In this document: in pieces, positions 19,392-29,838 of the stretch | Layout of the letters: each line of letters starts with the position of its first letter | How positions within the stretch are numbered: the stretch's first letter is position 1 | From: an uncultured Pelagibacteraceae bacterium | Lineage (GTDB): Bacteria; Pseudomonadota; Alphaproteobacteria; Pelagibacterales; Pelagibacteraceae | Direction: 5' to 3' | Assembly: GCA_902518185.1 (NCBI GenBank) | Contig: CABYFG010000004.1 | Location: 30,198 to 94,197 of the forward strand | Length of the DNA: 64,000 nt | The notes under the pieces: model-generated | What the model saw: the letters and a program-made list of their open reading frames with translations, nothing else | What the model was told of the DNA's origin: nothing | Database searches by the model: none | Program-made: the position numbers and the translations under genes

Positions 19392-20495
19392 TCAATTTTT
19401 GTAAATAGTTAATTTATCGGTAGCTAATTTTGAGTTTATCTTATGTTTATTATATTTGGTATTTAAAATGCTGAAAGAGGTAAAATTAACATGTTTTTTG
19501 TTTTTAGATAAATTTTTTGAACTTCTAAACATATAAAATTCATTAAATAGTTTCTTTTGAAGAAAATTTTTTGTTAATATGTCTCCACCCTCTACTAGTA
19601 GATTTCTTACTTCCATTTTATATAAATCTTTTAGAATTTTTTTTAGATCTAAATTTTTGTATTTATTTGTAGATTGTTTAATTAAAATGGTACCTCTCTT
19701 TTTTAAAAGTTTTATTTTTGATTTATCGTTGGAATTATGGAAAATTATAGTATTTTCATTTTTTATTGATTTAGCTATATAACTTTTCAAATTTATTTCT
19801 AAATTTCTATCTAAAATAATTCTTTTTGGGGAGAATTGACTAAAACCCTCCAATCTACAATTTAGTTTTGGATTATCGATATTTAGCGTTTTGCCAGAAA
19901 TCATTATACCATCACTTTTTAATCTTAAATAATGAGTTAATTTATCAGATGTTTTATCAGTAATTCTCTTTGATATTTCGCTGTAAATAACCTTATTCTT
20001 TGATACCGCAATTTTTCCAATTACATATGGAAGTTTCTTTTTTCTGTTAAAAAAATAAGATCTATATAAATTTTCTGCATCTTTTCTTAAAAGCCCCTTT
20101 TTAACTCTAATGTTGTTTTTTCTTAATATTGAATAACTCTTGCCTTTTACTTTTAAATCGATGTCATCCATTGAATAATAAACTTCTCCGATTTTATTCT
20201 TTATAATATTTTTGGTACAGGGTGGAGTTTTGCCATAATGATTACATGGTTCTAAAGAAACATACATTTTTGTGTCCTTTAAATTTTCTGAACAATTTAA
20301 AATAGCGTTATGTTCTGCATGAGGTCTGCCATTATAGCCTGTTTGTCCTATAGATATTATTCTATTATTCTTTACAATTACACATCCAACCGAAGGATTG
20401 TTTCCTGTTAAACCTCTTCGCGCATTAGCTAAATTTAAAGCTAATCTCATGAAATTTTTATCTTGAGTTGAAAATTTATCTTTTTTTGTAGACAT
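19392..20495 (-). CDS. ribD: Bifunctional riboflavin deaminase/reductase RibD
   Basis: NPSVGCVIV, HAE, LEPCNHYGKTPPC, LLVEGG. Confidence 0.95.
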   Translation of the reverse strand: MSTKKDKFSTQDKNFMRLALNLANARRGLTGNNPSVGCVIVKNNRIISIGQTGYNGRPHAEHNAILNCSENLKDTKMYVSLEPCNHYGKTPPCTKNIIKNKIGEVYYSMDDIDLKVKGKSYSILRKNNIRVKKGLLRKDAENLYRSYFFNRKKKLPYVIGKIAVSKNKVIYSEISKRITDKTSDKLTHYLRLKSDGIMISGKTLNIDNPKLNCRLEGFSQFSPKRIILDRNLEINLKSYIAKSIKNENTIIFHNSNDKSKIKLLKKRGTILIKQSTNKYKNLDLKKILKDLYKMEVRNLLVEGGDILTKNFLQKKLFNEFYMFRSSKNLSKNKKHVNFTSFSILNTKYNKHKINSKLATDKLTIYKN

Positions 20496-20934
20496 CTAGC
20501 TTGTCCACAAATTGTACGAAATCTTGTTCTTCTCTAAAATTTCTGTATACAGATGCAAATCTAACATAAGCTACTGGATCAAGTTCCTTTAAACCTTCCA
20601 TGACCATTGTTCCGATTGTATTACTTGCAATTTCATTCTGTCCTAGTTCTTCTAAAGATCTTGTAATTCGACTAATAAATTTTTCGACAGTTTCCGTATC
20701 TAAAGGTCTCTTTTTTAATGCAATGTAAATTGACTTAGCTAATTTGTCTCGATCAAAAGAAGATTTCCTTCCATTTTTTTTTACAACCATTACCTCACGA
20801 TGCTGAATTCTCTCAAATGTAGTAAATCTTGCACCACAACTACATAGTCTTCTTCTACGAATCGCAGTTCCATCTTCTGTAGGTCTGGAGTCAACTACAG
20901 AAGTTTCCCCTTTTTTCTCACAAGGACAGATCAT
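20476..20934 (-). CDS. nrdR: Transcriptional repressor NrdR
   Basis: VVDSR, IRRRR, RFTTFE, ATP-cone [25 protein letters not shown]. Confidence 0.96.
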   Translation of the reverse strand: MICPCEKKGETSVVDSRPTEDGTAIRRRRLCSCGARFTTFERIQHREVMVVKKNGRKSSFDRDKLAKSIYIALKKRPLDTETVEKFISRITRSLEELGQNEIASNTIGTMVMEGLKELDPVAYVRFASVYRNFREEQDFVQFVDKLDVYKKR

Positions 20935-22244
20935 TTATTCAAATTTTTATAAATTGGAAAATTAGAACATAAACTTATAACTTCTTGTCTCACTTCATTT
21001 TCCACTTTACTATTATCCTCTGGATTTTCAGATAATCCTTTTATTACTTTAGTTATTAATTCACCTACTTTTTCAAATTCCTTTAAGCCAAATCCTCTTG
21101 TTGTAGCAGCTTGTGAACCAAGTCTAATACCTGAGGTTATCATTGGTTTTTCTGTATCAAAAGGGATTCCATTTTTATTACAAGTAATATTGGCTCTACA
21201 TAAACTCTCAGAAGCTATATTTCCTTTTACACCAAAAGGTCTCAAGTCAACTAACATTAAATGTGTATCTGTGCCACCTGAATATATTTTAAATCCATTA
21301 TTTTTTAAAGTTTCCGCTAACATTTTAGCGTTTGCTAAAACATTCTTTATGTAAGTTTGAAACTCTGGTTTTAATGCTTCAAAAAAACCTGCAGCTTTGG
21401 CAGCAATGATATGCATTAAGGGACCACCTTGATAACCAGGAAAAACAGCCGTATCAAATTTTTTTCCAAGATCTAAATCATTTGATAAAATAATTCCACC
21501 ACGTGCGCTTCTGAATACTTTATGGGTTGTGGATGTTACAACATGTGCATAGTCACAAGGATTTGGATATCCTTTGCCGGCTACTAAACCAGAAAAATGA
21601 GCCATGTCTACCATAAGATATGCACCAACTTTATCAGCAATTTCTCTAAATCTTTTAAAATCAATTACTCTTGAATACGCACTACCACCAGCAATAATTA
21701 ATTTTGGTTTATGTTCTAGAGCAAGTTTCTCAACATTATCATAATCAATTAGTTCAGATTTTTTATCTACGTCATAACTTATTGCATTAAACCATTTACC
21801 CGACATTGAAATTTTCAATCCATGAGTTATGTGACCTCCTGAATTTAAGCTCATACCCAAAAAGGTGTCGTTTGGTTTTAACAAAGCCAAAAATACAGCA
21901 CCATTTGCTTGAGCACCTGAATGAGGTTGAACATTTGCGTATTTACAATTGAAAAGTTTTTTTATTCTTTCAAGTGCCAGTTGTTCTGCTACATCTACAT
22001 GTTCACAACCATTGTAATATCTTTTACCTGGATATCCTTCCGCATATTTATTTGTTAGAACTGATCCTTGAGCCTCTAATACAGCTTGTGAAACTATATT
22101 TTCAGAAGCTATTAACTCAATGTGATTTTGTTGTCTAATTAACTCATCATTTATTGCCTTAAATAAATCTGGATCAGATTTTGAAAGACTTTTTTCAAAA
22201 AAATCCTGGTAAGAAGAATTTATATATTTTGTTTCACTTGACAT
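20931..22244 (-). CDS. glyA: Serine hydroxymethyltransferase
   Basis: [33 protein letters not shown]. Confidence 0.98.
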   Translation of the reverse strand: MSSETKYINSSYQDFFEKSLSKSDPDLFKAINDELIRQQNHIELIASENIVSQAVLEAQGSVLTNKYAEGYPGKRYYNGCEHVDVAEQLALERIKKLFNCKYANVQPHSGAQANGAVFLALLKPNDTFLGMSLNSGGHITHGLKISMSGKWFNAISYDVDKKSELIDYDNVEKLALEHKPKLIIAGGSAYSRVIDFKRFREIADKVGAYLMVDMAHFSGLVAGKGYPNPCDYAHVVTSTTHKVFRSARGGIILSNDLDLGKKFDTAVFPGYQGGPLMHIIAAKAAGFFEALKPEFQTYIKNVLANAKMLAETLKNNGFKIYSGGTDTHLMLVDLRPFGVKGNIASESLCRANITCNKNGIPFDTEKPMITSGIRLGSQAATTRGFGLKEFEKVGELITKVIKGLSENPEDNSKVENEVRQEVISLCSNFPIYKNLNK

Positions 22245-22252
22245 TTTTTTCC

Positions 22253-22678
22253 TTATATTTTTTTTACTCTTTTTTTATGTCTACCACCTTCAAATTTAGT
22301 ATTAATAAAAGCTTCAATACATTTAAAGGCAGTATTTTTTTTTGTCAATCTAGATCCTAATGTTATAATATTCGCGTTGTTATGCAATCTAGATAATTTT
22401 GTGTTTTTTATTGAATAACACATCGCAGCTCGAATTTTTTTGTGTTTATTTGCAGCCATTGACATTCCCATACCTGAACCACAAACTAAAATACCCATAT
22501 TTTTTGAGTTAACGCTGACCTTTTTACATAATTTATGAGCATAGTCCGGGTAATTTACTGAGATCTTTGAATTATCAGTCCCAAGATCATGGAAATTGTA
22601 TTTTTTTAGAAACTTTTTTTTAATTTGTTCTTTCAAATTATACCCAGCGTGATCTGAAGAAATAAATATTTTTTTCAA
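22253..22678 (-). CDS. rpiB: Ribose-5-phosphate isomerase B
   Basis: [29 protein letters not shown]; TTG start. Confidence 0.94.
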   Translation of the reverse strand: MKKIFISSDHAGYNLKEQIKKKFLKKYNFHDLGTDNSKISVNYPDYAHKLCKKVSVNSKNMGILVCGSGMGMSMAANKHKKIRAAMCYSIKNTKLSRLHNNANIITLGSRLTKKNTAFKCIEAFINTKFEGGRHKKRVKKI

Positions 22679-22679
22679 A

Positions 22680-23270
22680 TTAGTTAAATTTGTAATCTAA
22701 GACACATGCAACTAAATGGATTCTATTTTCCTCTCCCCCATTGAATGCATTATGATATTTAGTATTATTAGTAATCCAAACAGATCCATCTGCAGGCATA
22801 TGTTTTGCAACATTATCAATAACCATTATAGAGCCCGGGTTAGTAATTATTGGAATATGTAGTCTTGGCTCCGGATCTCTGTGCCAACTTAAAGTTGATC
22901 TTGGCTCCTTTAATAAAATTCTTACACGTCCTAATTTATACTTTGAGGAAAGCACATCAAACACCTCTTTAAAATAAGTATGTTTGTAATCTTCAATAAA
23001 TTCAGAATAAGCAGATTCATCAATCATTTCATCTCTCATAGCTTCTTTTCCTGAAGAATCTGGTTTAGTCCAGAACACACCTCTTGCTTTATTACCTTTA
23101 ATGGAGTCGGGATCACCAGGGATTTGTGTTAATGATATAGCTCCAAAATTTGAAACACCGGTTACGCCTGTAAAACCTTTAATCTTTATTAACTCCTTGT
23201 AGGCTTCTTGGAGTTTATTAACATCAAATTTGATATCTTGTTTTTGAAAATCGTTAAAATTTAAATTCAT
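22680..23270 (-). CDS. Asp/Asn beta-hydroxylase-like Fe(II)/2-oxoglutarate oxygenase
   Basis: HxD (WHRD), RLHIPIITNP, distal His and Arg in YHNAFNGGEENRIHLV. Confidence 0.8.
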   Translation of the reverse strand: MNLNFNDFQKQDIKFDVNKLQEAYKELIKIKGFTGVTGVSNFGAISLTQIPGDPDSIKGNKARGVFWTKPDSSGKEAMRDEMIDESAYSEFIEDYKHTYFKEVFDVLSSKYKLGRVRILLKEPRSTLSWHRDPEPRLHIPIITNPGSIMVIDNVAKHMPADGSVWITNNTKYHNAFNGGEENRIHLVACVLDYKFN

Positions 23271-23361
23271 ATGTAATAAATTATTTCCTTATGTTGTTTA
23301 ATATCCTTTTTAAGATATATTTGTATATAACATTTGTCGCATATTTTAAATAAATTTAAAC

Positions 23362-24354
23362 ATGATTACAGGAAAATTTCCAAATTTAAGATTAAGACGC
23401 AGTAGGAAAGATAAGTGGTCAAGGAGATTGATTGAGGAAAATACCTTAACCTCTAGTGACTTTATATTACCTTTATTTTTAATTGAGGGAAAAAATAAAA
23501 AACAATCAATTAATTCAATGCCAGGTGTGTACAGATATTCATTAGATAAAATTTATTATGTTATAGATCGAGCTATTAATTTAAAATTACCAATGGTTGC
23601 TTTATTCCCACACACAAAAAAAACGAAAAAGAACAATTTAGGATCAGAAGCTTTAAATGAAAATAATTTAGTTTGTAAAGCAATTCAATTAATAAAAAAA
23701 AGATATAAAAATGAAATAGGAATTATGTGTGATGTAGCACTTGATCCATATACTTCACATGGCCATGATGGTTTGTTAAATTCTAATTATGTCTTAAACG
23801 ATGAAACTATTGAAATCTTAATAAGTCAGGCTTTACTTCAAGCACAAATGGGATGTGATGTGATTGCACCCTCAGACATGATGGATGGTAGAGTTGGCAA
23901 AATACGAAAATCATTGGATAAAAATGGTTTTCAAATGACACAAATTTTGTCTTATGCTGTAAAATATGCTTCAAATTTTTATGGCCCTTTCAGAGATGCT
24001 GTGGGTTCAAAAAATTTATTAATTGGAGATAAAAAAAATTATCAAATGGATTTCAGAAATAAAAGTGAATCTTTAAGAGAAGTGGCTCTAGATATCAAAG
24101 AAGGTGCTGATATGATTATGGTGAAACCAGGCTTACCTTATTTAGATATAATTAAATTAGTCAAAGAAAATTTTAAAATACCAGTAATAGCATATCAAGT
24201 ATCAGGTGAATATAGTTTATTATCTAACGCAATAAATAAAGGCATTGTTAGCAAAGAAATTATTTTAGAAAGCTTGATTTCATTTAAGAGAGCGGGCGCA
24301 AATGCAATAGTTAGTTACTATGCTGACAGAATTAATGAAATTTTGAGGATTTAA
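23362..24354 (+). CDS. hemB: Porphobilinogen synthase (Cys-poor, Zn-independent type)
   Basis: DVALDPYTSHGHDG, APSDMMDGR, FYGPFRDA, MVKPG, YQVSGEY. Confidence 0.97.
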   Translation: MITGKFPNLRLRRSRKDKWSRRLIEENTLTSSDFILPLFLIEGKNKKQSINSMPGVYRYSLDKIYYVIDRAINLKLPMVALFPHTKKTKKNNLGSEALNENNLVCKAIQLIKKRYKNEIGIMCDVALDPYTSHGHDGLLNSNYVLNDETIEILISQALLQAQMGCDVIAPSDMMDGRVGKIRKSLDKNGFQMTQILSYAVKYASNFYGPFRDAVGSKNLLIGDKKNYQMDFRNKSESLREVALDIKEGADMIMVKPGLPYLDIIKLVKENFKIPVIAYQVSGEYSLLSNAINKGIVSKEIILESLISFKRAGANAIVSYYADRINEILRI

Positions 24355-25027
24355 GCAAATTTATAAAATTTATTCTATTTAAAGGTAAAGACAAATTGTT
24401 TGGACGCAGTATTGATTTTTCTAAATATTCTCCCAATAATTTTAAACCCTCTAATAAATTGTTAAAATTTTCAGGTTTTTGTGATTTATCAATTAAAAAA
24501 TTTGGTATTATTTTTTTTCCAACATTTGATTTTGAAACGTAGATAACTTTTTGATCTTCTAATATTTTGTTAGTCAAACTTTTAAATTCAAGATCATAAC
24601 CTAAAATTTTAAACAATTCCAATTCCCAAAAGATATATTTTGTAAGCCAATCTGTAGATTCTAAAATAGTATAAAAATTATCTATTAGTTGAAATACATC
24701 ATAATTTCTTTGGGACTCTGCATTAAGTAACTTTATCATTTGCATGGCGCATATAATGCATGAGAGTTTGTGTTTTTCATCAAAATATAAAGGAGATAAT
24801 GCTCTTTCTATTTCAACTTTAAAATGTCCAATTCTGTTATCGGTTTTAGCGGTGTAGTTGATAAAAAACTTATTACCAATTTGAAGATAGTTTTTAATTT
24901 TTTTTGAAGTTCCCCCAAATACTATACCTGTTGATTTCCCGTGATCTTTTGTAAAAAATTCACAAATTAAGGAATTTTCGTTATATCTAACTTTTGATAA
25001 TAAAAATCCTAAGTCAGACCAAATCAT
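24332..25027 (-). CDS. recO: DNA repair protein RecO
   Basis: MIWSDLGFLL...YNENSLICEFFTKDHG; FWELELFKILGY; follows rnc. Confidence 0.88.
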   Translation of the reverse strand: MIWSDLGFLLSKVRYNENSLICEFFTKDHGKSTGIVFGGTSKKIKNYLQIGNKFFINYTAKTDNRIGHFKVEIERALSPLYFDEKHKLSCIICAMQMIKLLNAESQRNYDVFQLIDNFYTILESTDWLTKYIFWELELFKILGYDLEFKSLTNKILEDQKVIYVSKSNVGKKIIPNFLIDKSQKPENFNNLLEGLKLLGEYLEKSILRPNNLSLPLNRINFINLLKSSKFH

Positions 25028-25692
25028 ATTTTGCTTATATTATTTAAGCACTCTAAAGCAGCATTTTGTTCAGCTTCTTTTTTAGAAGTACCATGCGAAG
25101 AATAAAATTTAGTATTAATTAGTTTTACAGCTACTTTAAATATTGGCTTATGTCTAGGTCCAGTATTCGAGATTAGTTTATATACTGGTAATTTTTTAAA
25201 TTTTTTAAGTGACAGTTCTTGTAATTTTGTTTTTGGATCAATTTTTGTAATTGCACTATCTTTTATTTGATCTGACCATAAAGATAAAATAACTTTTTCT
25301 GTATAGTCATATCCTTTATCTAAATAAATTGATCCTATGAGAGCCTCACATGAGTCAGATAAAACTTTATCTTCAATATGACTATTTTTTGTTTGAGAAT
25401 TAAAAGTTAAAACATATTTCTCAATCTTGATTTTTTTTGCAATTTTTAGACAAGTTTTTTTATTTACAAGTGAGGCAAATTTCTTATCTAAAACGCCTTC
25501 TTTTTCATCTGGATAAATTTCTAGAAGTTTTTTTGCAATAATAAGTCCCAAAACTCTATCTCCTAAGAATTCTAACTTTTCATTATTATTTTTATTATCA
25601 AAACTTTTATGAGTTAGAGATTTAATTAAAAGATCTTTATTTTTGAAGTTTACTTTAATTTTTTTTTCGAGAGATTGATAATTTATTTTCAT
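25024..25692 (-). CDS. rnc: Ribonuclease III
   Basis: NEKLEFLGDRVLG signature; dsRBD DPKTKLQE...GPRHKP. Confidence 0.97.
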   Translation of the reverse strand: MKINYQSLEKKIKVNFKNKDLLIKSLTHKSFDNKNNNEKLEFLGDRVLGLIIAKKLLEIYPDEKEGVLDKKFASLVNKKTCLKIAKKIKIEKYVLTFNSQTKNSHIEDKVLSDSCEALIGSIYLDKGYDYTEKVILSLWSDQIKDSAITKIDPKTKLQELSLKKFKKLPVYKLISNTGPRHKPIFKVAVKLINTKFYSSHGTSKKEAEQNAALECLNNISKI

Positions 25693-26426
25693 TAATTAAT
25701 CTTTTTAAAAAATCGATCCATCCTTATTGATTTATTCCATTTCCAAAATGAAAAAAAACTACCAATTGATTTATCTGATGAAAAAAAAATAAATTGCGCT
25801 TTTCCAACAAGATTATCTTTATGAACATATCCAACACTTGATAAAAATCTGCTATCTTTTGAACAATCTCTATTGTCGCCTAAAAAAAAATAGTGATTCT
25901 CTGGCACTTTAAATACATCAGAATTTTGATATGGAAAACTATTATAGTAAACTGTGTTATAAACTTTACCATTAGGTAATTTTTCCTCAAATGACAAGGT
26001 GTCTATTTTATTTTTTCCGCAATAAACTTGATTATAAGTTGAGTTTTTTGACTTTAAAATTTCACTATTATTCAAATATAAATTTGAGTCAATAAATCTT
26101 ATTTCATCACCTGGTAGTCCAATTATTCTTTTTATATAATCGGTACGATTATCTGCAGGAGTTTTAAAAACAACTACGTCACCTCTAGAGGGTTCGGTTT
26201 CAAAAATTCTACCCGCAAATATTGGTGGGCTAAATGGAAATGAGTGCTTACTATATCCATAGGAATATTTAGTAACAAAAAGTCTATCACCGACTAGTAA
26301 ATTTGGCTCCATTGATGATGATGGTATATAAAAGGGTTGAAGGAATAAAGACCTTATAAAGATTGCAATAACCAATGCATAAAAAAGTGTTTTCAAATTA
26401 TCAACAATAAAATCTTTATTAAACAT
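25692..26426 (-). CDS. lepB: Signal peptidase I
   Basis: IPSSSMEPNL, YIKRIIGLPGD, GDNRDCSKDSR. Confidence 0.97.
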   Translation of the reverse strand: MFNKDFIVDNLKTLFYALVIAIFIRSLFLQPFYIPSSSMEPNLLVGDRLFVTKYSYGYSKHSFPFSPPIFAGRIFETEPSRGDVVVFKTPADNRTDYIKRIIGLPGDEIRFIDSNLYLNNSEILKSKNSTYNQVYCGKNKIDTLSFEEKLPNGKVYNTVYYNSFPYQNSDVFKVPENHYFFLGDNRDCSKDSRFLSSVGYVHKDNLVGKAQFIFFSSDKSIGSFFSFWKWNKSIRMDRFFKKIN

Positions 26427-26812
26427 TATTTGGTTTGTATAATTGTAAAAGCTACTGAATAGTCTTTTTCATCCGAAATTGAAAGAAACAAATCATACAT
26501 TTTAGTTTTGTATTTATTGTATATAATTTTACTTATTTTTTTTGTTTTTAGATAATATGGTTTTCCAATTTTGTCATTTAAAATTTGAATATCTTTAAAA
26601 TTCAATTCTTTTCTAATACCTGTGCCCAATGATTTAGCAAAAGATTCTTTTGCTGCAAATCTTTTTGCAAAAAAATTTATTTTATTTTTAATTTTTTTAG
26701 ATAGTTCTATTTCCCTTTTTCCATATATTCTTTTTAAAAAAGACTCATTTTTTAAAAGTTTTTTAAGTCTTTTATTTTCAACGATGTCCACACCAATACC
26801 CAAGATTTTCAT
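26426..26812 (-). CDS. acpS: Holo-ACP synthase
   Basis: GIGVDIVE, RFAAKESFAKSLGTG, LSISDE. Confidence 0.96.
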   Translation of the reverse strand: MKILGIGVDIVENKRLKKLLKNESFLKRIYGKREIELSKKIKNKINFFAKRFAAKESFAKSLGTGIRKELNFKDIQILNDKIGKPYYLKTKKISKIIYNKYKTKMYDLFLSISDEKDYSVAFTIIQTK

Positions 26813-26813
26813 T

Positions 26814-27533
26814 TTATTTTTTAATTATACTTTTAAAATTTTTTATAACACGAGATAAGCCAAAAAAAATAGACTCTCCAATTATATAATGACCAATGTT
26901 AAATTCTTGAATTTCATTTATCTTGGAAAGAATTTTTGTAGTTTTATAATCAAGACCATGTCCGGCGTGTACCTCTATTCCTAATTTCTTTGCAATAGTT
27001 GAGCATTTTAAAATTTTCTTGATTTCCTTAGAATATTTCTTTTTTGATTTTACTAAATTTGCAAGTCGACCTGTATGAATTTCTATACATTCTGTGCCAA
27101 TTTCTCTTGATATTAAAACATCTGAGACAGTAGGATTTATGAATAAACTAGTCCTAATTTTTTTTTTCTTAAATTTAGATATAATCTTTTTTAATTTTAT
27201 TTTGTTTTTTTTTAAATCTAATCCTCCTTCTGTTGTGACTTCTCTCCTTTTTTCAGGAACAATGCAAATAAAATCTGGTGAAATTTTTAATGCTTTGTTT
27301 ACAATGGATGAGTTGGTTGAAATTTCTAAATTAACCAAAATATTTTTAATTTTACATATATTTTTTGCATCCAAATCTTTAATGTGTCGTCTATCTTCTC
27401 TTAAATGAATAGTAATTGAGTCTGCTCCTACTTTTTTAGCAAATTTTGCTGCAATTAATGGATCTGGATGTAGCTCCCCTCTTGCATTTCTTATTGTGGC
27501 TACATGATCAATATTTACTCCTAAACGTTTCAC
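26814..27533 (-). CDS. pdxJ: Pyridoxine 5'-phosphate synthase
   Basis: LGVNIDHVATIRNAR, HLREDRRHI, TTEGGLD, HAGHGL, NIGH; GTG start. Confidence 0.97.
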   Translation of the reverse strand: MKRLGVNIDHVATIRNARGELHPDPLIAAKFAKKVGADSITIHLREDRRHIKDLDAKNICKIKNILVNLEISTNSSIVNKALKISPDFICIVPEKRREVTTEGGLDLKKNKIKLKKIISKFKKKKIRTSLFINPTVSDVLISREIGTECIEIHTGRLANLVKSKKKYSKEIKKILKCSTIAKKLGIEVHAGHGLDYKTTKILSKINEIQEFNIGHYIIGESIFFGLSRVIKNFKSIIKK

Positions 27534-28117
27534 TTTATAAATCTACTCCCAGGTCTCGATATTGGGATTAACTTTAAATCTTTTGGTAATTTACTTTTAT
27601 GATAAGTAGGTACATTTATTTTAATATGAGAAATTATTTTATTTTTTAATTTAAAGTTTTTTCTATTTGATCTATCAATTATACAAGCAAGACCTGATAT
27701 AATTCCTTTATTTTTCTTTACTAGACTGAAACATTCTTTGCTTGATTTACCTGTTGTAATTACATCCTCAACAATTAAGACCCTTGAACCCTTTTTGATA
27801 CTAAAACCTCTCCTTAAAGAAAAGGTTCCATTAACTCTTTCACAAAAAATTGTTTCTTTTTTTAGTATCTTTCCAATTTCGTAACCAATTATAATACCTC
27901 CCATCGCAGGTGATAAAATCAGATCAATTTTTTTGATCTTCTTTTTGATCTTTTTTGCTAATGATAAGCATATATTTTGAGCCATATAAGGAAAACTCAT
28001 TAACTTAGCACACTGAATATACTTAGAAGAATGAAGACCTGAGGACAATATAAAATGACCCTCTAACAATGCATCAGTTTTTCTTAAAATATCTAAGGAT
28101 TTTTTGAGTGAAAGCAT
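27530..28117 (-). CDS. pyrE: Orotate phosphoribosyltransferase
   Basis: GHFILSSGLHS, PRPP motif VEDVITTGKS; start re-called at MLSLKK (28117), overlapping the rsh 3' end by 44 nt. Confidence 0.93.
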   Translation of the reverse strand: MLSLKKSLDILRKTDALLEGHFILSSGLHSSKYIQCAKLMSFPYMAQNICLSLAKKIKKKIKKIDLILSPAMGGIIIGYEIGKILKKETIFCERVNGTFSLRRGFSIKKGSRVLIVEDVITTGKSSKECFSLVKKNKGIISGLACIIDRSNRKNFKLKNKIISHIKINVPTYHKSKLPKDLKLIPISRPGSRFIK

Positions 28118-29819
28118 TTCTTTTATTTTCATGTCTAATAATTTTAAACTTAATACCTTTTTGTTTAAGTTCAGCAATAAAATTTGTAAAGTTTTTTAGA
28201 TCTCGTATAATTAATTGAAATTTAAAATTTATATAATTTGGGTTTTTTCCAACCATTTCTAAATTGGATATATTAAGTTTGTGTTTTCCAATTAAAGAAC
28301 TTACGTTTCCAAGTTGGCCTGGTTTATCAGGTAATGAAATCCATAAAATAGTATTGTACTTCTTGATTCGATCTTGTTTTTCTTCCCCTTTATCATGCCA
28401 ATATCTTCTTATAGCGGCTCTTGCTTTACCAGTTTTGGTGATAGGTATCCAGTGAAGTGAGGGTGAATTATTTTTCGAAGTAATAATTTTTACTCTGTCT
28501 CCATTTCTTAAAATTGTTTGTAATTCACTTTTGTAACCATTAATTTCGCAGCTTATAGCTGTATCACCTATTTTGGTATGAACTGCATATGCAAAATCTA
28601 TAGGAGTTGCATCCTTTGGTAATTTAATTACTGAACCTTTAGGTGTAAAACAAAAAACGTTTTCTTGAAACATTTGTAGTTTTGTATACTCATAATAATG
28701 TTCTGGATTTTGATTTTTTTCAATAATTTCAACTAGATCTTTCAACCAATCATATTCTTTCCAAGATAAAGAATTAAATTTTTCAGAGGATTTATATTGC
28801 CAATGTGAAGCTATACCTCTCTCAGCAAATTCATGCATTCTTGTTGTTCTAATTTGTATTTCTATTGGTTTTCTATTTGATCCAATTACTGAGGTATGTA
28901 TAGATTTATATCCATTTATTTTAGCTGATGAAATATAATCCTTAAACTTTCCAGGGATGCAATTAAATCTTTTATGAATAATTCCAAGTGTTTTATAGCA
29001 ATCATCAATGCTATTTAAAATTATTCTAAAACCAACTATATCTGTAATTTCTTCTAAGGATACTCTTTTTTTTTGAACTTTTCTCCAAATAGAAAAAGGT
29101 GTTTTTTCTCTACCAAAAATTTTTGAAGAAATATTGTTTTCTTTTAATAACTGTTTAAGCTCGATTGAAAGATTTTCAAATATATCTTTTTTATCAAATT
29201 TTATTTCATCAAGTTTTTTTTGAATTAAATATCTTGCATCATGATTAAGTATCTCAAAAGAAAGATCTTCTAATTCATCACGAATTCTGTGCATACCCAT
29301 TCTATCTGCTAAAGGAGCATAAATTTCCATTGTCTCTTGAGCTATTCTTTGTCTTTTATCTTTTTTTGAAATTGCTTTAATAGTTCTCATGTTATGTAAA
29401 CGATCTGCAATTTTAACTAATAAAACTCTTATATCTTTTGATGTGGCTAAAATTAATTTTCTAAAATTTTCTGCTTTAGAATTTGATGCGGCAGTGTTTT
29501 CTAAAACAGAAATTTTTGTTACACCATCAACTAGTTCTGCAACCTCATTACCAAACTCACCCTTAATTGTCTCATAAGTTGCATGAGTATCCTCTATTGT
29601 ATCATGAAGTAATCCTGTAGTGATTGTAGCACTATCTAATTTTAAATCCGTTAGTATATTTGCGACTTCAATTGGATGCACTGAATAAGGATCTCCAGAG
29701 GCTCTTTTTTGATTTCTGTGAGCTTTAACAGCAAAATCATATGCCTTATTTAATTTTTCAGGATTTAAAAATTTATTATATCCTCTTACTTTATTTATTA
29801 ACTCTTCAGAATTAAGCAT
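28074..29819 (-). CDS. spoT: RelA/SpoT homolog (bifunctional (p)ppGpp synthetase/hydrolase), compact form
   Basis: HD domain LLHDTIEDT and ADRLHNMRT; synthetase NGYKSIHT and EIQIRT; TGS DFAYAVHT; ACT DKPGQLG. Confidence 0.95.
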   Translation of the reverse strand: MLNSEELINKVRGYNKFLNPEKLNKAYDFAVKAHRNQKRASGDPYSVHPIEVANILTDLKLDSATITTGLLHDTIEDTHATYETIKGEFGNEVAELVDGVTKISVLENTAASNSKAENFRKLILATSKDIRVLLVKIADRLHNMRTIKAISKKDKRQRIAQETMEIYAPLADRMGMHRIRDELEDLSFEILNHDARYLIQKKLDEIKFDKKDIFENLSIELKQLLKENNISSKIFGREKTPFSIWRKVQKKRVSLEEITDIVGFRIILNSIDDCYKTLGIIHKRFNCIPGKFKDYISSAKINGYKSIHTSVIGSNRKPIEIQIRTTRMHEFAERGIASHWQYKSSEKFNSLSWKEYDWLKDLVEIIEKNQNPEHYYEYTKLQMFQENVFCFTPKGSVIKLPKDATPIDFAYAVHTKIGDTAISCEINGYKSELQTILRNGDRVKIITSKNNSPSLHWIPITKTGKARAAIRRYWHDKGEEKQDRIKKYNTILWISLPDKPGQLGNVSSLIGKHKLNISNLEMVGKNPNYINFKFQLIIRDLKNFTNFIAELKQKGIKFKIIRHENKRNAFTQKILRYFKKN

Positions 29820-29838
29820 TTGCTACTATATCATTAAA

